Shown: one piece after another, positions 61,453-64,000 of the stretch | Numbering within the stretch: position 1 is the first letter of the stretch | Layout: each line of letters begins with the position of its first letter | Assembly: GCF_009914755.1 (NCBI RefSeq) | Contig: NC_060930.1 | DNA from: the human T2T-CHM13v2.0 reference genome, Homo sapiens | Length of the DNA stretch: 64,000 bases | Strand: one strand, 5' to 3' | Position numbers and translations under genes: made by a program | Notes under the pieces: generated by a model | The model's database searches: none | Told to the model about the DNA's origin: nothing | The model's input: the letters and a program-made list of their open reading frames with translations, nothing else

Positions 61453-63838
61453 AGGCCAATATCCCTGATGAACATTGATGCGAAAATCCTCAATAAAATA
61501 CTGGCAAACCAAATCCAGCAGCACACCAAAAAGCTTATCCAGCATAATCAAGTCCGTTTCATCCCTGGGATGCAAGGCTGGTGCAATATATGCAAATCAA
61601 TGAACATAATCCATCACATAAACAGAACCAATAACAAAAACCACATTATTATCTCAGTAGATGCAGAAAAGGCCTTTGATAAAATTCAACACCACTTCAT
61701 GCTAAAAACTCTCAATAAACTAGGTATCAATGAAATGTATCTCAAAATAATAAGAGCTATTTATGACAAACCCTCAGCCAATATCATACTGAATGGGCAA
61801 AAGCTGGAAGCATTCCCTTTGAAAACCAGCACAAGACAAGGATGCCCTCTGTCACCACTCCTATTCAACATAGTTTTGGAAGTTCTGGCCAGGGCAATCA
61901 GGCAAGAGAAAGAAAGAAAGAGTATTCAAATAGGAAGTGAGGAAGTAAAATTGTTTCTGTTTGCAGATGACATGATTGTGTATTTAGAAAACCCCATTAT
62001 CTCAGCCCAAAATCTCCTTAAGCTGATAAGCAACTTCAGCAAAGTCTCAGGATACAAAATCAGTGTGCAAAAATCACAAGCATTCCTATACACCAATAAT
62101 AGACAAACAGAGAGATAAATCATGAGTGAACTGTCATTCACAATTGCTACAAAGAGAATAAAATACCTAGGAATCCAACTTACAAGGGATGTGAAGGACC
62201 TCTTCAAGAACTACAAACCACTGCTCAAAGAAATAAGAGAGGACACAAACAAATGGAAAATAATTCCACGCTCATGGATAGGAAGAATCAATATTATGAA
62301 AGTAATTCATAGATTCAATGCTATCCCCATCAAGCTATCAGTGACTTTCTTCACAGAATTAGAAAAAACTACTTTAAATTTCATATGGAACCAAAAAAAG
62401 ACTGTATAGCCAAGACAATACTAAGCAAAAAGAACAAAGCTGGAGGCATCGTGCTACCTGACTCAAACTATACTATAAGGTGACAGTAACCAAAACAGCA
62501 TGGTACTGGCACCAAAACAGATATATAGACCAATGGAACAGAACAGAGGCCTCAGAAATAATGCCACACATCTACAACCATCTGATCTTTGGCAAACCTG
62601 ACAAAAACAAGCAATGGGGAAAGGATTCCCTATTTAATACATGGTGTTGGGAAAACTGGCTAGCCATATGCAGAAAACTGAAACTGGACCCCTTCTTACA
62701 CCTAATACAAAAATTAACTCAAGATGGATTAAAGACTTAAATGTAAGACCTAAAACCATAAAAACCCTAGAAGAAAACCTAGGCAATACCATTCAGGACA
62801 TAGGCATGGGCAGACTTCATGACTAAAACACCAAAAGCAATGGCAACAAAAGCTAAAATTGACAAATGGGATCCAATTAAACTAAAGAGCTTCTGCTCAG
62901 CAAAAGAAACTAGCATCAGAGTGAACAGGCAACCTACACAATGGTAGAAAATTTTTGCAGTATATCCATCTGACAAAGGGCTAATATCCAGAATCTACAA
63001 GGAACTTAAGCAAATTTACAAGAATAAAAAAAACAGTGCCATCAAAAAGTGGGTGAAGCGTATGAAGAGACACTTCTCAAAAGAAGACATTTATGTGGCC
63101 AGCAAACATGAAAAAAAGCTCATCATCACTGGTCATTAGAGAAATGCAAATCAAAACCACAATGAGTTACCATCTCCCACCAGTTAGAATGACAATCATT
63201 AAAAAGTCTGGAAACAACAGGTGCTGGTGAGGATGCAGAGAAATAGGAATGCTTTTACACTGTTTGTGGGAGTGTAAATTTGTTCAACCATTGTGAAAGA
63301 GTGTGGCGATTCCTCAAGAATCTAGAACCAGAAATACCATTTGACACAGCAATCCCATTACTGGGTATATAACCAAAGAATTATAAATCATTCTACTATG
63401 AAGACGCATGCACACATATGTTTATTGCAGCACTGTTCACAATAGCAAAGACTTGGAACAAATCCAAATACCCATCAATGATAGACTGGATAAAGAAAAT
63501 GTGGCACAGCATGGAATACTATGCAGCCATAAAAAAGGATAAGTTCATGTCCTTTGCAGGGACATGGATGAAATGCTTTCCACATCATTCTCAGCAAACT
63601 AACACAGACACAGAAAACGAAACACCGCATGTTCTCACTCAAAAGTGGGAGTTGAACAATGAGAACACATGGCCACAGGGAGGGGAGCATCACACACCAG
63701 GACCTGCTTGGGGGTGGGGTGCTAGGGGAGGGATAGCATTTGGAGAAATACCTAGTGTAGGTGATAGGTTGATGGGTGCAGCAACCCACAATGGCACGTG
63801 TATACCTATGTAACAAACCTGCACATTCTGCACATGTA
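61453..63838 (+). mobile_element. 5'-truncated L1PA7-like element (RT domain to 3'UTR), frameshifted
   Basis: Starts at [13 protein letters not shown] and includes FADD; 3'UTR gtgataggttgatgggtgcagcaacccacaatggcacgtgtatacctatg is PA7-type; the canonical last ~20 nt and poly(A) are not evident. Confidence 0.92.
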
Positions 63839-64000
63839 AATTATTTTAAAAAGAAGCAAATTGACACATATGTTAAGTTGTATTTAAAAATAAATAAGTG
63901 GCAGTTAAAAAAAAAAGAAAGTGAAGTATTTTATTTGCTATGGAAAATAGAAAGATGAAGAGTTGATTTTCTCCCTCAAATACAGTAACATTACTAGGAG

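Overview
AT-rich, CpG-poor primate (human or great-ape-like) genomic DNA. It is intergenic or deep-intronic, with no recognisable host protein-coding exon, rRNA, tRNA or CRISPR array. Roughly half is interspersed repeat. The centrepiece is a ~5.95-kb young L1PA2-like LINE-1 on the minus strand (17579-23530, 12-bp TSD). Its ORF1 (338 codons) and ORF2 (1275 codons) are full length and in frame but each carries one nonsense codon; its antisense ORF0 (71 aa) is intact; and it lacks about the first 80 nt, including the YY1 site. Also present: three 5'-truncated L1PA copies, old L1M/L2/L3/MIR relics, seven Alus, MaLR solo LTRs (THE1, MST, MLT1), a near-complete Tigger1, MADE1, MER8, a MER5-like element and microsatellites. 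The most unusual unexplained structure is a ~430-bp AT-rich near-perfect palindrome at 1735-2162. Several small fold-back or micro-inversion signatures, a perfect NRF2/sMAF element and weak hints of a minus-strand spliced transcript are also noted. I see no convincing evidence of a novel multi-gene system. Subfamily calls come from remembered consensus diagnostics and need RepeatMasker/Dfam confirmation.
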